This document shows, in pieces, positions 8,910 through 20,082 of a DNA stretch of 37,887 nt. The position numbers and the translations under genes were made by a program. The notes under the pieces were generated by a model. The model saw only the letters and a program-made list of their open reading frames with translations. It was not told the DNA's origin and searched no databases. Each line of letters begins with the position of its first letter. The first letter of the stretch is position 1. Location of the stretch: the IMG/VR virus record IMGVR_UViG_2875703104_000002; one strand, given 5' to 3'. Origin of the DNA: a virus (lineage: Duplodnaviria; Heunggongvirae; Uroviricota; Caudoviricetes).

Positions 8910-10036
8910 GGCGGTGTTTTCTCCGGGTGTCTGCGATAATAATCTTCAACCAGCGCATCAATACCGCCGTTACTGTCGCCGCCTTTCCTGTTTTTACGGT
9001 CGCTTTCAACCGGCACCAGAAAGCCTTCGCGTGGTGCAAGGCTGACGCGGGTTTTCAGCCCGTCCTGGTCATTCAGTATCAGGGTGACTTTGCTGACCAG
9101 TAATTCCGTGGTTTTGATGGCATATTTCGAGGCATCAATAGTGACCAGCAGGTTCGGCATCCAGAGTTGCCCGTCCTTGCGAGTCCATCCGTCAATTTCA
9201 GCCTCAAAGGTGATGGATTTTGCCAGTCTGCGGCGTTGCTCACGCAGGGCGCGGGCCTGTGCATCCTTCGCCGTAATTTTGCTGTCGGCAATGATGATCA
9301 TCGGTCTGTAACGGGTCACATCACTGTCAGTGGCGGTCCCTTTCCGGGAGACGATACTTTTCGCATCAATATCATCACCCTCAGCACCGTTTGCGCGGGC
9401 ATACCCCTTGACGGTGTATTCGCTGAACCGGTCGCGGAAGTCTTCCTCAAAATCCAGTGTCAGCAGATTTTCTCCGAGAACCAGCTCATCAGTGGCTGTG
9501 CTGGCAGCCCGGCTGAATACCAGCTCTCCGGCGGCATTGCTGGTCATCAGTACACCGCGTGCGCGGGAGGCACGCACCAGCGCCTCATAAACGGTTTCTG
9601 AATGGTCCAGCGTGAAGCCGGGAAAAGCTGCCGAACTTTCCTTATCGGAAAGCTCCCAGCGAACGGTAACGCCATAAGGGGTGCACAGGTCACGCGCAAT
9701 CTGCTCCAGTGTGCGGTTTTTCCACTGTCCGCCACTGTAAACGGCAGCACAGTCAATCAGGTCAGCCGTTTTGTCACGTCCGGCGATAGTGATTTTCATG
9801 CTGTCAGCGGTCATCTGGCGTCGCCGCGAATCGATATAACCGGTGCAGACAATCTGCCCGTCGATTTCCAGCGTGAACGCCTTCCCCGGTGCCAGCCCGG
9901 ATAAATCCGTGCCCGGTGGCACGTTCACCCCCAGCTCAAAATATCCGGCTACGGATTCAATGGAGCGGGTGACAGAAACTGACGACCAGCCGGTAAACAG
10001 CCTGCCATCCGCTCGCAGTGTGACGGTATTACTCAT
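8897..10036 (-). CDS. Baseplate protein (Mu gp44/P-like)
   Basis: 379-aa ORF between the N-like gene and the hub gene; size matches Mu gp44. Confidence 0.7.
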   Translation of the reverse strand: MSNTVTLRADGRLFTGWSSVSVTRSIESVAGYFELGVNVPPGTDLSGLAPGKAFTLEIDGQIVCTGYIDSRRRQMTADSMKITIAGRDKTADLIDCAAVYSGGQWKNRTLEQIARDLCTPYGVTVRWELSDKESSAAFPGFTLDHSETVYEALVRASRARGVLMTSNAAGELVFSRAASTATDELVLGENLLTLDFEEDFRDRFSEYTVKGYARANGAEGDDIDAKSIVSRKGTATDSDVTRYRPMIIIADSKITAKDAQARALREQRRRLAKSITFEAEIDGWTRKDGQLWMPNLLVTIDASKYAIKTTELLVSKVTLILNDQDGLKTRVSLAPREGFLVPVESDRKNRKGGDSNGGIDALVEDYYRRHPEKTPPWKE

Positions 10037-11516
10037 TAATCACCTCAATACTGACACCACCGGGAACAAATAACGGGTTGCTGCTGCCATTCCTGCGGGC
10101 CAGCCGTTGCCAGTTCCGGCCGTTTCCTGTGTAACGGTACAGGGCCACCACTGCGGGCATCGTCTCCGGCAGGCTGTGCATTTCACTGCCCGCCAGTTGC
10201 AGTCCGCGTTTTTCCAGGTCAGCAACAACCAGCAGGCGCAGTTGCGTAAGCTGAACGCTGTCTGTCGAAAAACCCTGCTCAGATGCCGTCAGAATGACAC
10301 TGTCCAGTGCGGCCCCCAGCATGGCTGTGGTTTTTTCGATATCGGACACACTTTCAAATACCGGGGGCGTGGCTGTACCACTGTCTGAAAAGGATACCGG
10401 TGAAAAACCGCCGTCCGGGGTTATGGCAGTTAACTGTAACTGTCCCTGTGTGACGGTAGCGGATGTGCTGCTGGCCCCGCTGGCTGTGCCGGTTGTGGTG
10501 GACAGGGCATCCAGTACAGGTGCACGGGCGGCATTATCCATCCGGCGACTGAAATCCAGTGCCGCAGTCAGTGCCTGGCTGGCAGCTTCTGCCCGGTATG
10601 TCTGCGCCGCTGCCAGCATGACGTAGTTCAGTGTGGCAATATTTTTTTCTGCAACCGGACTGTTGTACGAGGTTGTGATTGCCCCCTGTCTGCCTGCGGT
10701 GGCGGCATGGCGACGTTCGAATCGCTGCGCCAGACGGTTCCAGGTGGAAAATGCTGTCCGGGTATCGCATAACGATGAAACGCCGGACAGCGCCCCCATC
10801 AGCGAGGAGGCCAGCATGGCAGGCTGGTTAATCAGGCTGGTCACAGAGCCTTTCATCGCAGAAAGCGATCCCATCAGACCGCTGACAGTCTGCGTAACCC
10901 CCAGATTGTCCACCGCATCACTGATATCATCGATGACACCGGTTACAGCTTCCATCACGGCGGTTGCCGCCGCAGTGCCATCTTTTACGGTCTGCCAGAC
11001 AGAGGACAGCGTATCCCCCAGAGAACCGGTTACAGCAACGGCCTGTGCCGGTACGGCTGCACTGGTGTCTGTCTCTGCGTCCGGGGCAGTATCCTGCAAC
11101 GACGGATAAACGGTAACGGTGAACGCGTAATAATTCAGTTCATCCGCTTTAGTGCGACATTCCCATGAATCCACCATGACGTCCACAGTGCCGAAATCAG
11201 GATGTACCAGTTCACCGCTACCCGGAGCATCAAGAGCATCCATCAGCGCACCCGCTTCATCTCTGGCTGTTTCTGCGTTGCTGTTCAGAATGCAGGCGCT
11301 GAATGTACGGGAGCGAAGCTTTTTCCCCAGGTCATTGACGCCGCCGGTATCACGTAACGGGTACTCGCGTTTAACCAGGCGACGTCCGCCAGCCTGTTTT
11401 TGCTCCTCGATGACGAGAAACGGCACGTTACGGAACGTGCCTTTGCCGGTTGTTTTCTTACCACCGCTGATTTTATCCCGGACAGCATTAACGGCATTTA
11501 AAGCATCTTCAAACAT
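10029..11516 (-). CDS. DNA circularisation protein N-like (Mu gp43-like)
   Basis: 495-aa ORF immediately downstream of the tape measure gene; size and position match Mu N. Confidence 0.7.
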   Translation of the reverse strand: MFEDALNAVNAVRDKISGGKKTTGKGTFRNVPFLVIEEQKQAGGRRLVKREYPLRDTGGVNDLGKKLRSRTFSACILNSNAETARDEAGALMDALDAPGSGELVHPDFGTVDVMVDSWECRTKADELNYYAFTVTVYPSLQDTAPDAETDTSAAVPAQAVAVTGSLGDTLSSVWQTVKDGTAAATAVMEAVTGVIDDISDAVDNLGVTQTVSGLMGSLSAMKGSVTSLINQPAMLASSLMGALSGVSSLCDTRTAFSTWNRLAQRFERRHAATAGRQGAITTSYNSPVAEKNIATLNYVMLAAAQTYRAEAASQALTAALDFSRRMDNAARAPVLDALSTTTGTASGASSTSATVTQGQLQLTAITPDGGFSPVSFSDSGTATPPVFESVSDIEKTTAMLGAALDSVILTASEQGFSTDSVQLTQLRLLVVADLEKRGLQLAGSEMHSLPETMPAVVALYRYTGNGRNWQRLARRNGSSNPLFVPGGVSIEVINE

Positions 11517-11520
11517 GGTT

Positions 11521-14007
11521 TTACCAACCTGTAATGTAGTTATCGCCCGCGTAAATATTCAGCCCCATACCATCCTCGGTGACGCGGGAACTGGTCAGAC
11601 GTAACCCCTCGCCGAGTTCGACGCGCAACGAGGCTTCCGCATTGACTTTTTGTTCCTGCGGTTCCTTATCCGTGGCCGTCCATTTCTGATACAGGTCGGT
11701 TACAAAACCGCCCAGATACTCCCCGGCGACACTGCCCAGCGTGGCACCGGCAACCGTACCCAGCGGTCCGGCAAGGCTGCCAACGGCACCGCCGAGCCAT
11801 GCACCGGCTGTACTGCCAATTGCGCCTGCTTTTTCATGGGTTGACGCCTGTTCATCCATCAGGACGGGGGCAAGCTGGAGTGCCCCCATTACCGGGCCAC
11901 CCAGACGTGACAGGGCACGACCGGCACCTTTCCCCATCCAGCCCAGCGCCCCGGCACCTTTTGTCACAACCCGACCGATCGCACTGCCTGCAAGTTTGTT
12001 TCCGATACCGGAAAACCACCCGCCAACGGCACGCCCGGCATCAGCCAGCTTTCCGACCGTTCCCGTAACCAGTTGCCCGGCAGCACTGCCTGCAAGCCTG
12101 CTCAGAAGACCGGATTTACCGGGCAAAGGCTGTGGCGCAGGGCGTGGTATTACCGGCACGCCCGGAGATGGCACGGGCTGCCTGTTTCCGGCACCGGAAA
12201 GCAGTCTGCTGACAGTACGCCCGGCATCCGCCAGCGTTCCTGCCGCTCCCGTAACCTGCTGCGCGGCAGCGCTGCCTGCCAGCTTGCCCGGAAGACCGGA
12301 TTTAGCGGGCAAAGGGCGTGGCGCGGGGCGTGGTATTACCGGCACGCCCGGAGATGGCGCGGGCTGCCTGTTTCCGGCACCGGAAAGCAGTCTGCTGACA
12401 GTACGCCCGGCATGCGCCAGCGTTCCTGCCGCTCCCGTCACCTGCTGCATGGCAGCGCTGCCTGCAAGCCTGCCCGGAAGACCGGATTTACCGGGTAAAG
12501 GTCGTGGCGCGGGGCGTGCTGCTGCCGGAACGCTGGGTGGGGGTAATGGTGCAGGCCGTGCTGTTACCGGTACGCCGGGTGGGGGTAATGCCAGTACAGG
12601 GCGTGGTGCAGGTAATGCCAGCGGCTGTGGCCCGGACAGCAATAACGGCTGGCGGGGTAACAGCGTGGGCATTCTTCCGCCGCTCCGTACGCGACGACCG
12701 CCGCCACTCCCGTAGCCACCAAATCCACGGGGCCAGTTGATGACAAACACACGCTGAATGCCGATACCCTGCAACAGCGTCTCAGACGTCATGGCATCCG
12801 GGACCGGCAGGCCTGCCTGCCCACGTTTGCGGTTTCGCATCCAGCGCCACATACGACGCCCGGTTTTAAACGGATAACTGGCAACCTGCCATGAGGGTTT
12901 TGCCACGGCCCAGCCTGCTCTCAGGGCTTTATTGGCAAGCCAGACAGACACCAGAACAGCAGCCAGTTTTTTCAGGCTGACAATATTCTGGTCAACCCAT
13001 GCCAGCGCATCTTTACCCGGTTTCAGCCAGCGCCATAATTCCTGCGCCGCGATTTTTACCGTTCTGAACGTGGTCAGAAATTTCTGACCAATGTTTTCTG
13101 CCAGTGCGTCAAGTTCCCCGGATTTATCCGCCATGTCGTGCCAGTTAAGCACCCGGCGCATCTCGTTCTTGATTTCTTCAAAGGGGCCGCTGTTTGCCAC
13201 CTTTATGCGAAATTCAAGCAGGTTGGCTTCCATCTGTGCGAACATCCCGTCCCAGGAGTTCATCGCACTGGCTTGTGCACCTTTTGACTGTTCTGACAGC
13301 GTTCTGAATACCGTCAGAATGGATTTCATGCCCAGCTTGCCCTTTGTACCCAGATCACGGATTTTTTTAACGTCCGTTCCCGTTGCATCCGCCAGCGCCT
13401 GATAAACATTGATACCGTAACCGGTCAGCAGGTTGGCATCCGCCGCCGTGATTTGCTGGCGGGCAAACATCTGTTTCAGTTGCAGTGAGGCACCCTGTGC
13501 AGTGGGTAAATCCCAGCCGTGCATGGCCCCCTGATCCTGCAACATGGTGATGAACTGTTTCGTCTGTTCATCCGTCATGCCGAAGCCTTTCGACGAACGG
13601 ATCTCATCCAGAACACCACTCAGCCCCCACGTGGTGTCCTTCGCGTTCTGCTTCGCCCAGGCCATCATAGCCTGCGCTCTGACCTTATCGCCGTGATACA
13701 GCGAGTTCATAGCGATGATCTGCTGCTCACGCTGGGCGGCTGCACCAATAAACAGTTTATTGGCGGTGTAACCCACGCCAGCGATACCCAGCGCCCCGGC
13801 TGACAGCATTCGGAATGTACGGGTTGACAGAGAACCCATTCTGTCAATTGCACCAGAAACGCGCACAACCTCCATACGCAGGGCTCGCAGGGAACTCTGC
13901 CCACTACGGGACAGGGCGTTTATCTGGCTCGAATACTGGCGGGAACGCCGGGAAAGATTGCCATTAAGATCAATAATGACAGACGCCTTTAAGCGTTTCC
14001 CGGTCAT
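11521..14007 (-). CDS. Tail tape measure protein
   Basis: 828-aa ORF between tail chaperone and baseplate genes; Gly/Ala-rich C-terminal region, Pro-rich linker and internal 62-aa tandem repeats. Confidence 0.85.
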   Translation of the reverse strand: MTGKRLKASVIIDLNGNLSRRSRQYSSQINALSRSGQSSLRALRMEVVRVSGAIDRMGSLSTRTFRMLSAGALGIAGVGYTANKLFIGAAAQREQQIIAMNSLYHGDKVRAQAMMAWAKQNAKDTTWGLSGVLDEIRSSKGFGMTDEQTKQFITMLQDQGAMHGWDLPTAQGASLQLKQMFARQQITAADANLLTGYGINVYQALADATGTDVKKIRDLGTKGKLGMKSILTVFRTLSEQSKGAQASAMNSWDGMFAQMEANLLEFRIKVANSGPFEEIKNEMRRVLNWHDMADKSGELDALAENIGQKFLTTFRTVKIAAQELWRWLKPGKDALAWVDQNIVSLKKLAAVLVSVWLANKALRAGWAVAKPSWQVASYPFKTGRRMWRWMRNRKRGQAGLPVPDAMTSETLLQGIGIQRVFVINWPRGFGGYGSGGGRRVRSGGRMPTLLPRQPLLLSGPQPLALPAPRPVLALPPPGVPVTARPAPLPPPSVPAAARPAPRPLPGKSGLPGRLAGSAAMQQVTGAAGTLAHAGRTVSRLLSGAGNRQPAPSPGVPVIPRPAPRPLPAKSGLPGKLAGSAAAQQVTGAAGTLADAGRTVSRLLSGAGNRQPVPSPGVPVIPRPAPQPLPGKSGLLSRLAGSAAGQLVTGTVGKLADAGRAVGGWFSGIGNKLAGSAIGRVVTKGAGALGWMGKGAGRALSRLGGPVMGALQLAPVLMDEQASTHEKAGAIGSTAGAWLGGAVGSLAGPLGTVAGATLGSVAGEYLGGFVTDLYQKWTATDKEPQEQKVNAEASLRVELGEGLRLTSSRVTEDGMGLNIYAGDNYITGW
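11959..12516. repeat. Three tandem 186-bp (62-codon) repeats inside the tape measure gene (12331..12516, 12145..12330, degenerate 11959..12144)
   Basis: Near-identical DNA units starting TGGTATTACCGGCACGCCCGGAGATGG at 12145 and 12331; encoded units RPAPRPLP(G/A)KSGLPG(R/K)LAGSAA...PSPGVPVIP. Confidence 0.85.
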
Positions 14008-14151
14008 AGAGATTTCCTGATTTAACGGTGGTATTGAGAGAGGTTTTTAGCCAGCTGGCAGTGCCGGAAAAAGCGGGACAGCGGGAGAGACAGAACCCAT
14101 TCAGGGCCACTTTTCAGAATAACACCCGTCGCTGTCACCGCTTTCTCAATA

Positions 14152-14586
14152 TCATTCCGGCACCGCAGCCACTCGCCCCCGTTCTTGTGTCAGCGATGCT
14201 GCAACCGCCATGTCGTACATTTCTGTGGCCAGCGACAGACGCTGGAAGTCATCGGCGGACAGCTTACGGATCAGCGCCATTGACAACGGGCCTTTGATGC
14301 AGCCCACGCTGGCAATCTGTCGGCGCAGCATTTCCAGCCCCATCCGGGACGGGGAACTGACCAGCACCGGGCCTTCCTTGCTCATTACCAGCTTTTCAGC
14401 AGCCGCCTGGGCATCAATCAGATCGCCTGCGGTCAGTTCACGCAGCGTCACGTCATACTGCATTTCAGTTTCGTCATCAGTGCCGAACGGCAGGCCGTCT
14501 TTCAGTTTCAGCACGCCGGACTGGATTTCTGCCACAATGCTGTCATGCAGCTCCTGCGCTTCAGGCCCCAGATTCATTTCTTCCAT
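14152..14586 (-). CDS. Tail assembly chaperone-like protein (Mu gp41-like)
   Basis: 144-aa acidic ORF between tail tube and tape measure genes, the usual chaperone position. Confidence 0.6.
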   Translation of the reverse strand: MEEMNLGPEAQELHDSIVAEIQSGVLKLKDGLPFGTDDETEMQYDVTLRELTAGDLIDAQAAAEKLVMSKEGPVLVSSPSRMGLEMLRRQIASVGCIKGPLSMALIRKLSADDFQRLSLATEMYDMAVAASLTQERGRVAAVPE

Positions 14587-14595
14587 CGTTTCCCC

Positions 14596-14952
14596 TTATG
14601 CAATGCGTTTGCTTTGTTTTGCCATCAGTACCAGCGAAATTTCGCCGCCGTCGTTTTTCGGTTCATCTGCCTGCCAGGCATTCGCCATCATCCAGGTTTC
14701 ACCGGTGTCTGCCTGAAACTCTGCCGTGATGTTTTCCCAGCTGATAATTTCATCCAGACCGATATCACCACCGCCCGGAATTTTGCATTCCAGCTTTGCG
14801 GCACGTGGTTTACCTTTCCAGCCATAAACCCGCGAGCCGGTCACTTCTTCACGGGTGATGCCGGAAGGCGTGAAGGAGGCACCTTCCATCGTTTCAAGCT
14901 CCATGCCATTGACACGGATGAACGCCACCCCCTGGCGCTGAGTTCCAGCCAT
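14596..14952 (-). CDS. Tail tube protein (Mu M/gp40-like)
   Basis: 118-aa ORF directly downstream of the sheath gene. Confidence 0.75.
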   Translation of the reverse strand: MAGTQRQGVAFIRVNGMELETMEGASFTPSGITREEVTGSRVYGWKGKPRAAKLECKIPGGGDIGLDEIISWENITAEFQADTGETWMMANAWQADEPKNDGGEISLVLMAKQSKRIA

Positions 14953-14961
14953 AAATACTCC

Positions 14962-16449
14962 TTACAGAATGAACTGAATTTGCGCCGCAAAAATGCGGAA
15001 CTGGTTGATCAGATTCGGGCCGCACAGCACATCAAGACGGTCTTTGTCATCGCTGTTACGTGCAACGTACAGCTCCTCTTTGAACGTGTCGAAATCCTCA
15101 ACCAGCCCGGAGCTTTCCCACTCTTCAAACAGTGCCAGCAGCTCCGTTTTGATCACGGATGGCGTCACCACGGGCTGACCGGTGGCAAAGCGGGTGCCGT
15201 CATTTGCCAGCTTGTAGTTCGGGAATTTCTGCGTGATGCGGGTTCGCAGCGAATAACGCAGATAACTCAGCGTGGCGATGGTATTCACGTTCAGATAAGA
15301 CGGATCACTGTCACCGTACTTGTTTGTGCGGTACATCGTGATCATGCGTTCAATCTGCATTTCACCACCATCATTCACGTTAAACGTGGAGATGCCGTCA
15401 AACAGCAGCGCATTACGTTCTGACCAGGTGAAACGCTCCCCCACCGCAGGCGGCATTCTTCCGGGTAACGTCAGCGTCTGGAGAGGACGCGCCGGGTCGA
15501 TGGAAAGCGCCTGGCTGGCAACGGCACACAGTGTGGCGGCGTACAGATATGACGGTTCCGGTGCACCGGCAATCCCCATACAGGAGATCAGATGGTCATT
15601 ACGACTGACACCAAACGTGGAAATATCCCCATACGTGCCGGACAGCACTGTCACGGCAAAGCCATCAGCCTGATTGACCGGTCCCCAGCGTTCCTGTAAT
15701 TCCGTGCGCAACAGATTCAGGTTCGCTTCATCGGTATAGGGCATCACAATATATTTGTATTGCAGATCGCCCATTCCCGCGATACTTGCGCTGATATCCG
15801 GGTTGCCATTTTTCCCGGAGGCGGCTTTGAATGCCGTGATAATCCCGTAAGGGGTGGTTTCACCCGCGTAATAGTTCCAGCGCACGTCCACGGCAGATAA
15901 TGCACCCGTAAATTTTGCACTCAGAACCACATCTGCATGGGTGTCATCATCTCCGCTGTCTGCGCGAACTTCTGCCGTCACCGGTAAATCAGGCTGGCCT
16001 TTGATTCGGGCAACCAGCAGGTCAGCCAGCGCAGCCCCTGTAGCACCTGCTGCGACAGATACCGTCAGTCGCTGACCGGCAATGTAAGTCACAAGCGAGC
16101 CGTTTTCGCCAGCCGTTCCTGACAGTGAAATTTCACCGACAGCAGCATTACCGGTGCCGTTCCCCTGCGGAATACACCACAGCTCCGCCACGCGGTTAGC
16201 GTTCAGGAATGCAGCTGCCATCAGTGCCAGCATGGAACCCTGACCAAACGCCGCACTGGCCTGTGAGCCGGAACGGATACGGACAGGCACGTTTGGTGCC
16301 GCACTGGCTTTACTTCCGCTTTGCCCGAACATCAGCACGCGCTGACGGGGTGCTGGTGTTCCGCTGACGGCATTACTGTTATCAAATTCGATATACGTCA
16401 GAGGAACGCGAACATCTGACGGGATCGCGTTAAATGAAATATCGCTCAT
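14962..16449 (-). CDS. Contractile tail sheath protein (Mu L/gp39-like)
   Basis: 495-aa ORF upstream of tube gene; size and position match Mu L. Confidence 0.85.
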   Translation of the reverse strand: MSDISFNAIPSDVRVPLTYIEFDNSNAVSGTPAPRQRVLMFGQSGSKASAAPNVPVRIRSGSQASAAFGQGSMLALMAAAFLNANRVAELWCIPQGNGTGNAAVGEISLSGTAGENGSLVTYIAGQRLTVSVAAGATGAALADLLVARIKGQPDLPVTAEVRADSGDDDTHADVVLSAKFTGALSAVDVRWNYYAGETTPYGIITAFKAASGKNGNPDISASIAGMGDLQYKYIVMPYTDEANLNLLRTELQERWGPVNQADGFAVTVLSGTYGDISTFGVSRNDHLISCMGIAGAPEPSYLYAATLCAVASQALSIDPARPLQTLTLPGRMPPAVGERFTWSERNALLFDGISTFNVNDGGEMQIERMITMYRTNKYGDSDPSYLNVNTIATLSYLRYSLRTRITQKFPNYKLANDGTRFATGQPVVTPSVIKTELLALFEEWESSGLVEDFDTFKEELYVARNSDDKDRLDVLCGPNLINQFRIFAAQIQFIL

Positions 16450-16652
16450 TTCGATTTACTCCGTTTTTTCGGCGCAGCGTCGGTATCATCCGCCGTGTTT
16501 TCGGTGCTCCCGACTTCAACCACATCACCGGCTGCAAGGCGACGTATCCAGAAACTGTTACGGGGCTTTTCTTCTCCCTCCGGAGCCAGTAATTTCATCG
16601 TGAGCGGGTCACGGATGGCTTTTCCCGCTGCGGGTTTAATTTTCAGCATCAT
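16446..16652 (-). CDS. Small head-tail protein (Mu gp38-like)
   Basis: 68-aa ORF overlapping the sheath gene start. Confidence 0.5.
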   Translation of the reverse strand: MMLKIKPAAGKAIRDPLTMKLLAPEGEEKPRNSFWIRRLAAGDVVEVGSTENTADDTDAAPKKRSKSK

Positions 16653-17184
16653 GATCCTTTTCCTGATTCACATTGATATGTGCGGCAAATTCCGGGGTTT
16701 CGTCCGGGAATTTCCAGGTCTGCCAGTGACGCTCGTAATCATCCAGCGAATCCATGTCCACCACGGACGGCAGCGGGGTAGTGCCACTGAACAGAACGCC
16801 GTAAAGCACCACACCGGCATTGATACGGTTGTCGTCACAAAGATTTCTGACCTGCGTCAGTCTCATCCCGGTGGTCGGGCCAAACGTCTGACCGTTAACA
16901 CCGGCAATCAGTCGCTCCACAATCTGATAAATACCGGGCCGGTTTACCGGTTCCCCGTTCAGCAACTCCGCCACGACAAAAAATGCCCAGCGACTTTCAA
17001 CTTCCCGACGCGTACGCCCCTCACCACAGCCCATCCATGCCAGGAATACCGATGGCGGGGTCAGAAAGAGACGGTGCACATCCTCGTTAGTCCATGTGCC
17101 GGTAAGGGGTTCCACCTGCCGCAGGGTTGCCCCAAACAACTCACGAACGCGCGCCAGCAGTGCGGCTTCGGTTTCTTCCAGCAT
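16636..17184 (-). CDS. Head-tail connector/completion protein (Mu gp37-like)
   Basis: 182-aa ORF in the head-tail joining block. Confidence 0.6.
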   Translation of the reverse strand: MLEETEAALLARVRELFGATLRQVEPLTGTWTNEDVHRLFLTPPSVFLAWMGCGEGRTRREVESRWAFFVVAELLNGEPVNRPGIYQIVERLIAGVNGQTFGPTTGMRLTQVRNLCDDNRINAGVVLYGVLFSGTTPLPSVVDMDSLDDYERHWQTWKFPDETPEFAAHINVNQEKDHDAEN

Positions 17185-17609
17185 CAGATAAACCCCTTCT
17201 GTTTTCGTGAGAAGACCGGCGCGTCAGACTGCACCTGCACAAGGTTTTCACCATCCGGCGAGGCTGCCGTCCTGCTTTCCACGCCGGGATCTGTTTTGCC
17301 ATCGCGCACCTGTTCCAGCCAGCGCACCGTGTCCCTGTAAGTTGCGGTGATCTGCTCGGTGGGTTGTGATTCATTCAGATAAAACCAGGCCACCACGCAA
17401 CACTGCCGTTTCAGCAGTGAGGGGACGACGGTAAGCGGCAGAACAAAGCGCGCGGCGAGATAGCCATCAATAAAGGCCGAAGCATCTGCCAGTGCCTGTT
17501 CTGCCACGGCATCATCCGGCTGCCCGTCCGCTGTTTTAGGGCGGGTGAGAATATCCAGCCGCGTACGTGTATAGCGGGCGCACAGGTCATTTACCGTCGC
17601 GTAATTCAT
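17184..17609 (-). CDS. Head completion protein (Mu gp36-like)
   Basis: 141-aa ORF, coupled to neighbours. Confidence 0.6.
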   Translation of the reverse strand: MNYATVNDLCARYTRTRLDILTRPKTADGQPDDAVAEQALADASAFIDGYLAARFVLPLTVVPSLLKRQCCVVAWFYLNESQPTEQITATYRDTVRWLEQVRDGKTDPGVESRTAASPDGENLVQVQSDAPVFSRKQKGFI

Positions 17610-18016
17610 GCATCCGCCTCAGCCAGCGCCGCTTTGATTTGCGCACTGCTCACCGGTTCCCCCAGCGCCGCACTGACGGCTTTCACTTTGGGTTCTCCCC
17701 CTGCGGTAAAGTGCTCCGGGTTTGCCTTATCCAGACCGGCAACGGTCGCACGGATACGGGTATTCAGATCGCCCACACCCAGAACGTCCAGCCCCCCAGC
17801 CTCAGCGAGCGTTTCTGCTGACGATGCAGATACCACAGACAGCACGCTGTCGGCACGAATGATCGCCAGTTGTTCTTCGGTGACTTCCACGGTGTTTTCG
17901 CCACGTGTAAAGGCGATTCCGGCGCGGCGGTAGACCGGACGAAGGCATTTAATAATCGCCGTGCAAGTGATGCGAGAAGTGTCCAGCCGTTGTGAATTAA
18001 GCGAAGTGCCTGACAT
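17606..18016 (-). CDS. Head-associated protein (Mu gp35-like)
   Basis: 136-aa ORF after the capsid gene, preceded by strong SD AAGGAGGAG. Confidence 0.6.
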   Translation of the reverse strand: MSGTSLNSQRLDTSRITCTAIIKCLRPVYRRAGIAFTRGENTVEVTEEQLAIIRADSVLSVVSASSAETLAEAGGLDVLGVGDLNTRIRATVAGLDKANPEHFTAGGEPKVKAVSAALGEPVSSAQIKAALAEADA

Positions 18017-18050
18017 AACACATGCTCCTCCTTTTCCTTTAAATCAGGTT

Positions 18051-18074
18051 AAAAGGCGGTCTGAACCGCCTTTT
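18051..18074 (-). terminator. Hairpin (AAAAGGCGGT-tcag-ACCGCCTTTT) just downstream of the major capsid gene; probable partial terminator/attenuator
   Basis: Perfect 10-bp inverted repeat with 4-nt loop, A/U-rich flanks, 8 nt after the capsid stop codon. Confidence 0.45.
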
Positions 18075-18082
18075 AATGACGG

Positions 18083-19000
18083 TTACAGGTAGTCAGCGAC
18101 AACCAGTTGCAGCTTGCCCTTCATCTCGTTGGAGACGGTGGTATTGCCATCCGCGAACAGTTCACGGTTAAGCAGTTGCTCTGCGGCTTTTTCCAGCCCG
18201 ACCGGTACAACGATATGCGTCGGCTTCAGGCCCAGTTTCTTACCGCCATCACCTTCAAACGCACGCATCAGTTGCCAGCCTTTCCAGAGGTTATCCAGCG
18301 TCAGATCACCTTTTACCGCGACAGCCATCTGCCAGAAGCCGTAACCGGCAGCACGGCGGGCGCTGGCACCAAACAGGAACTCGTTATCCATAAAAACGTG
18401 GTCGTCATCGATACGGGTACGTGCGACCAGTTCCGGTTTGCGGCGCTCCTGGAAAATCAGCGGTTTGACTGCGCGGGAGCAGTCCAGCAGATAGAATGGC
18501 AGACCGCTGAAGCTGTCCTGCTCAACGATGTTGGAGGTATTAACCGCGCTGCCCGTGCCATCCACATTCGGATATACCGGATGCTCCTTGTCGAAGAAGT
18601 TCTGACCGTCATAGCAGGGCTGGGTAAAGCCATCTTTCAGAAGTTTAAAAATCAGTTCATCCGGCTGAACTGCCGCAGAACGGCCCATCTCCTGAAAAAT
18701 CGGCGCATAAATACCCAGATTGTCATCCTCGAAGTCATCACGGGAAATACCCACGGTGCCTTCAAACGTTTTATTGGCGATGGAGTAGCCATGCGCTTCC
18801 ATTTGCTGAATGGTTCGCTTACCCACCCATTCTTTCAGGGTCGGGAATTTACCCAGCCAGCCATAGGTATTACTGCGGGTGGAAGAGTTCACCACCATTG
18901 CAATTTTGCTGTACTGCGACGGGGCGTCTTCAAGACCGCCCTGAAAATCCTTACGGAAGGAGGTCATCAGGGCTTTAATGGATGCCGGGGTGACAATCAT
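18083..19000 (-). CDS. Major capsid protein (Mu T/gp34-like)
   Basis: 305-aa ORF downstream of the protease/scaffold gene with 4-bp overlap. Confidence 0.85.
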   Translation of the reverse strand: MIVTPASIKALMTSFRKDFQGGLEDAPSQYSKIAMVVNSSTRSNTYGWLGKFPTLKEWVGKRTIQQMEAHGYSIANKTFEGTVGISRDDFEDDNLGIYAPIFQEMGRSAAVQPDELIFKLLKDGFTQPCYDGQNFFDKEHPVYPNVDGTGSAVNTSNIVEQDSFSGLPFYLLDCSRAVKPLIFQERRKPELVARTRIDDDHVFMDNEFLFGASARRAAGYGFWQMAVAVKGDLTLDNLWKGWQLMRAFEGDGGKKLGLKPTHIVVPVGLEKAAEQLLNRELFADGNTTVSNEMKGKLQLVVADYL

Positions 19001-20082
19001 TTTTCTTGTTCCTGTTTCATTTTCAGATACTCAGCCTCTGTAATGCCGAGCGCCTTCACTGCTGCCTGTTCATCAGCAGACAGCACCGCCACCGCCGTTT
19101 TTTCCTGCGACGGGATTTTCGCCGTGGTGGTCTGCATGGCAGATAACGCAGCGATGGGCTGTTTTTTCTCAAGCTGTGCCGACAGTGCCGCCACGCCAAT
19201 CTGACCGCCAAGCTGTTCCAGATAGGTACGTTCGCTTTTGAAAATGCGGCCTTCCTGCTCCGCCTTGTCCAGAACGGCGCTCAGGCTGGCAGTGGCGCTT
19301 TGTGCTTTGGCCTGTGCCAGTTCATCAAGCACGGCGTTGTAGCTTTCCACCGGGACGTATTTCGTCAGGTCAACGGCGGCGTTCTGTGCCTTTTCCAGTT
19401 CGGCGGATAACGACGCCACTTTTCCGGCATCTGTTTCGAGCGCATCAAACGCACTCAGGGCCGCGCTGGCCTGTTCATCGGTGATGTCTGCATTTTCGGG
19501 GACCGTCACCCCAAGACGCGCAAGCAGCTTGCGCAGCGTTTCATTCATGGGTTTGTTCTCCTGTTGAAGGATGTCGGGAAGGTCTGCCGCCAGTGCGGTC
19601 AGCTTTTTCATGCCGGTGGCACCGGGGTCATTGGTCAGCGCAGCAAGGCGGATTTGCAGCACCGCACCGGTGGCGGTGTCATACGGAAAAACCGCAGAGA
19701 GATAACCAAATTCGCCGTCATCGATGCGCTGCTGTGCCGCCGCCGTCCAGCGTGGGTGGATAAATAATCCTTCACCTTCACGCCACTGCATTTCATCGGC
19801 GTTAAACCAGCCAGCCGCGACGAGTTGTTCCGGGGGTAATCCTTTGTCCTTACGTAGCTGGTTATGCTCGTAATCAATCAGCACGTCCTGGTTGAGCGCG
19901 CGAACGCCTTCAACCAGACGCCCGGCAATCTCACCGTCAATGAACCACCCCTGACCGCCTGTCACATCAAACGGACGACCATCACGGGCACTGAAATGAC
20001 CGGCAGGCAATAGCTGGCACCAGCCGTCATCGTCAATGGACAGCGCACTCAGTGCGGCAATGCCAATCGCGTGTTTTTTCAT
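18997..20082 (-). CDS. Head maturation protease/scaffold (Mu I/gp32-like)
   Basis: 361-aa ORF; Ala/Glu/Gln-rich coiled-coil-like C-terminal half consistent with a scaffold domain. Confidence 0.8.
   Translation of the reverse strand: MKKHAIGIAALSALSIDDDGWCQLLPAGHFSARDGRPFDVTGGQGWFIDGEIAGRLVEGVRALNQDVLIDYEHNQLRKDKGLPPEQLVAAGWFNADEMQWREGEGLFIHPRWTAAAQQRIDDGEFGYLSAVFPYDTATGAVLQIRLAALTNDPGATGMKKLTALAADLPDILQQENKPMNETLRKLLARLGVTVPENADITDEQASAALSAFDALETDAGKVASLSAELEKAQNAAVDLTKYVPVESYNAVLDELAQAKAQSATASLSAVLDKAEQEGRIFKSERTYLEQLGGQIGVAALSAQLEKKQPIAALSAMQTTTAKIPSQEKTAVAVLSADEQAAVKALGITEAEYLKMKQEQEK

Noticed and set aside
11741-12715. 324-aa plus-strand Pro/Arg/Gly-rich ORF
   Set aside because: It is the antisense shadow of the 186-bp tandem repeats and Pro-rich linker of the tape measure gene, not an independent gene.
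14008-14151. Possible programmed translational frameshift extending the tail chaperone into the 143-bp gap before the tape measure gene
   Set aside because: No convincing slippery heptamer or extended alternative-frame ORF could be identified by eye (only a 17-codon ORF); needs computational frameshift search before being claimed.
18107-19204. 365-aa plus-strand ORF, along with similar long plus-strand ORFs at 14545..15423, 16495..17340 and 8319..8939
   Set aside because: Each lies entirely antisense to a coherent, translationally coupled block of minus-strand structural genes, has no recognisable RBS and is low-complexity (Ala/Gly/Arg-rich). These are typical spurious antisense ORFs in GC-rich coding DNA.
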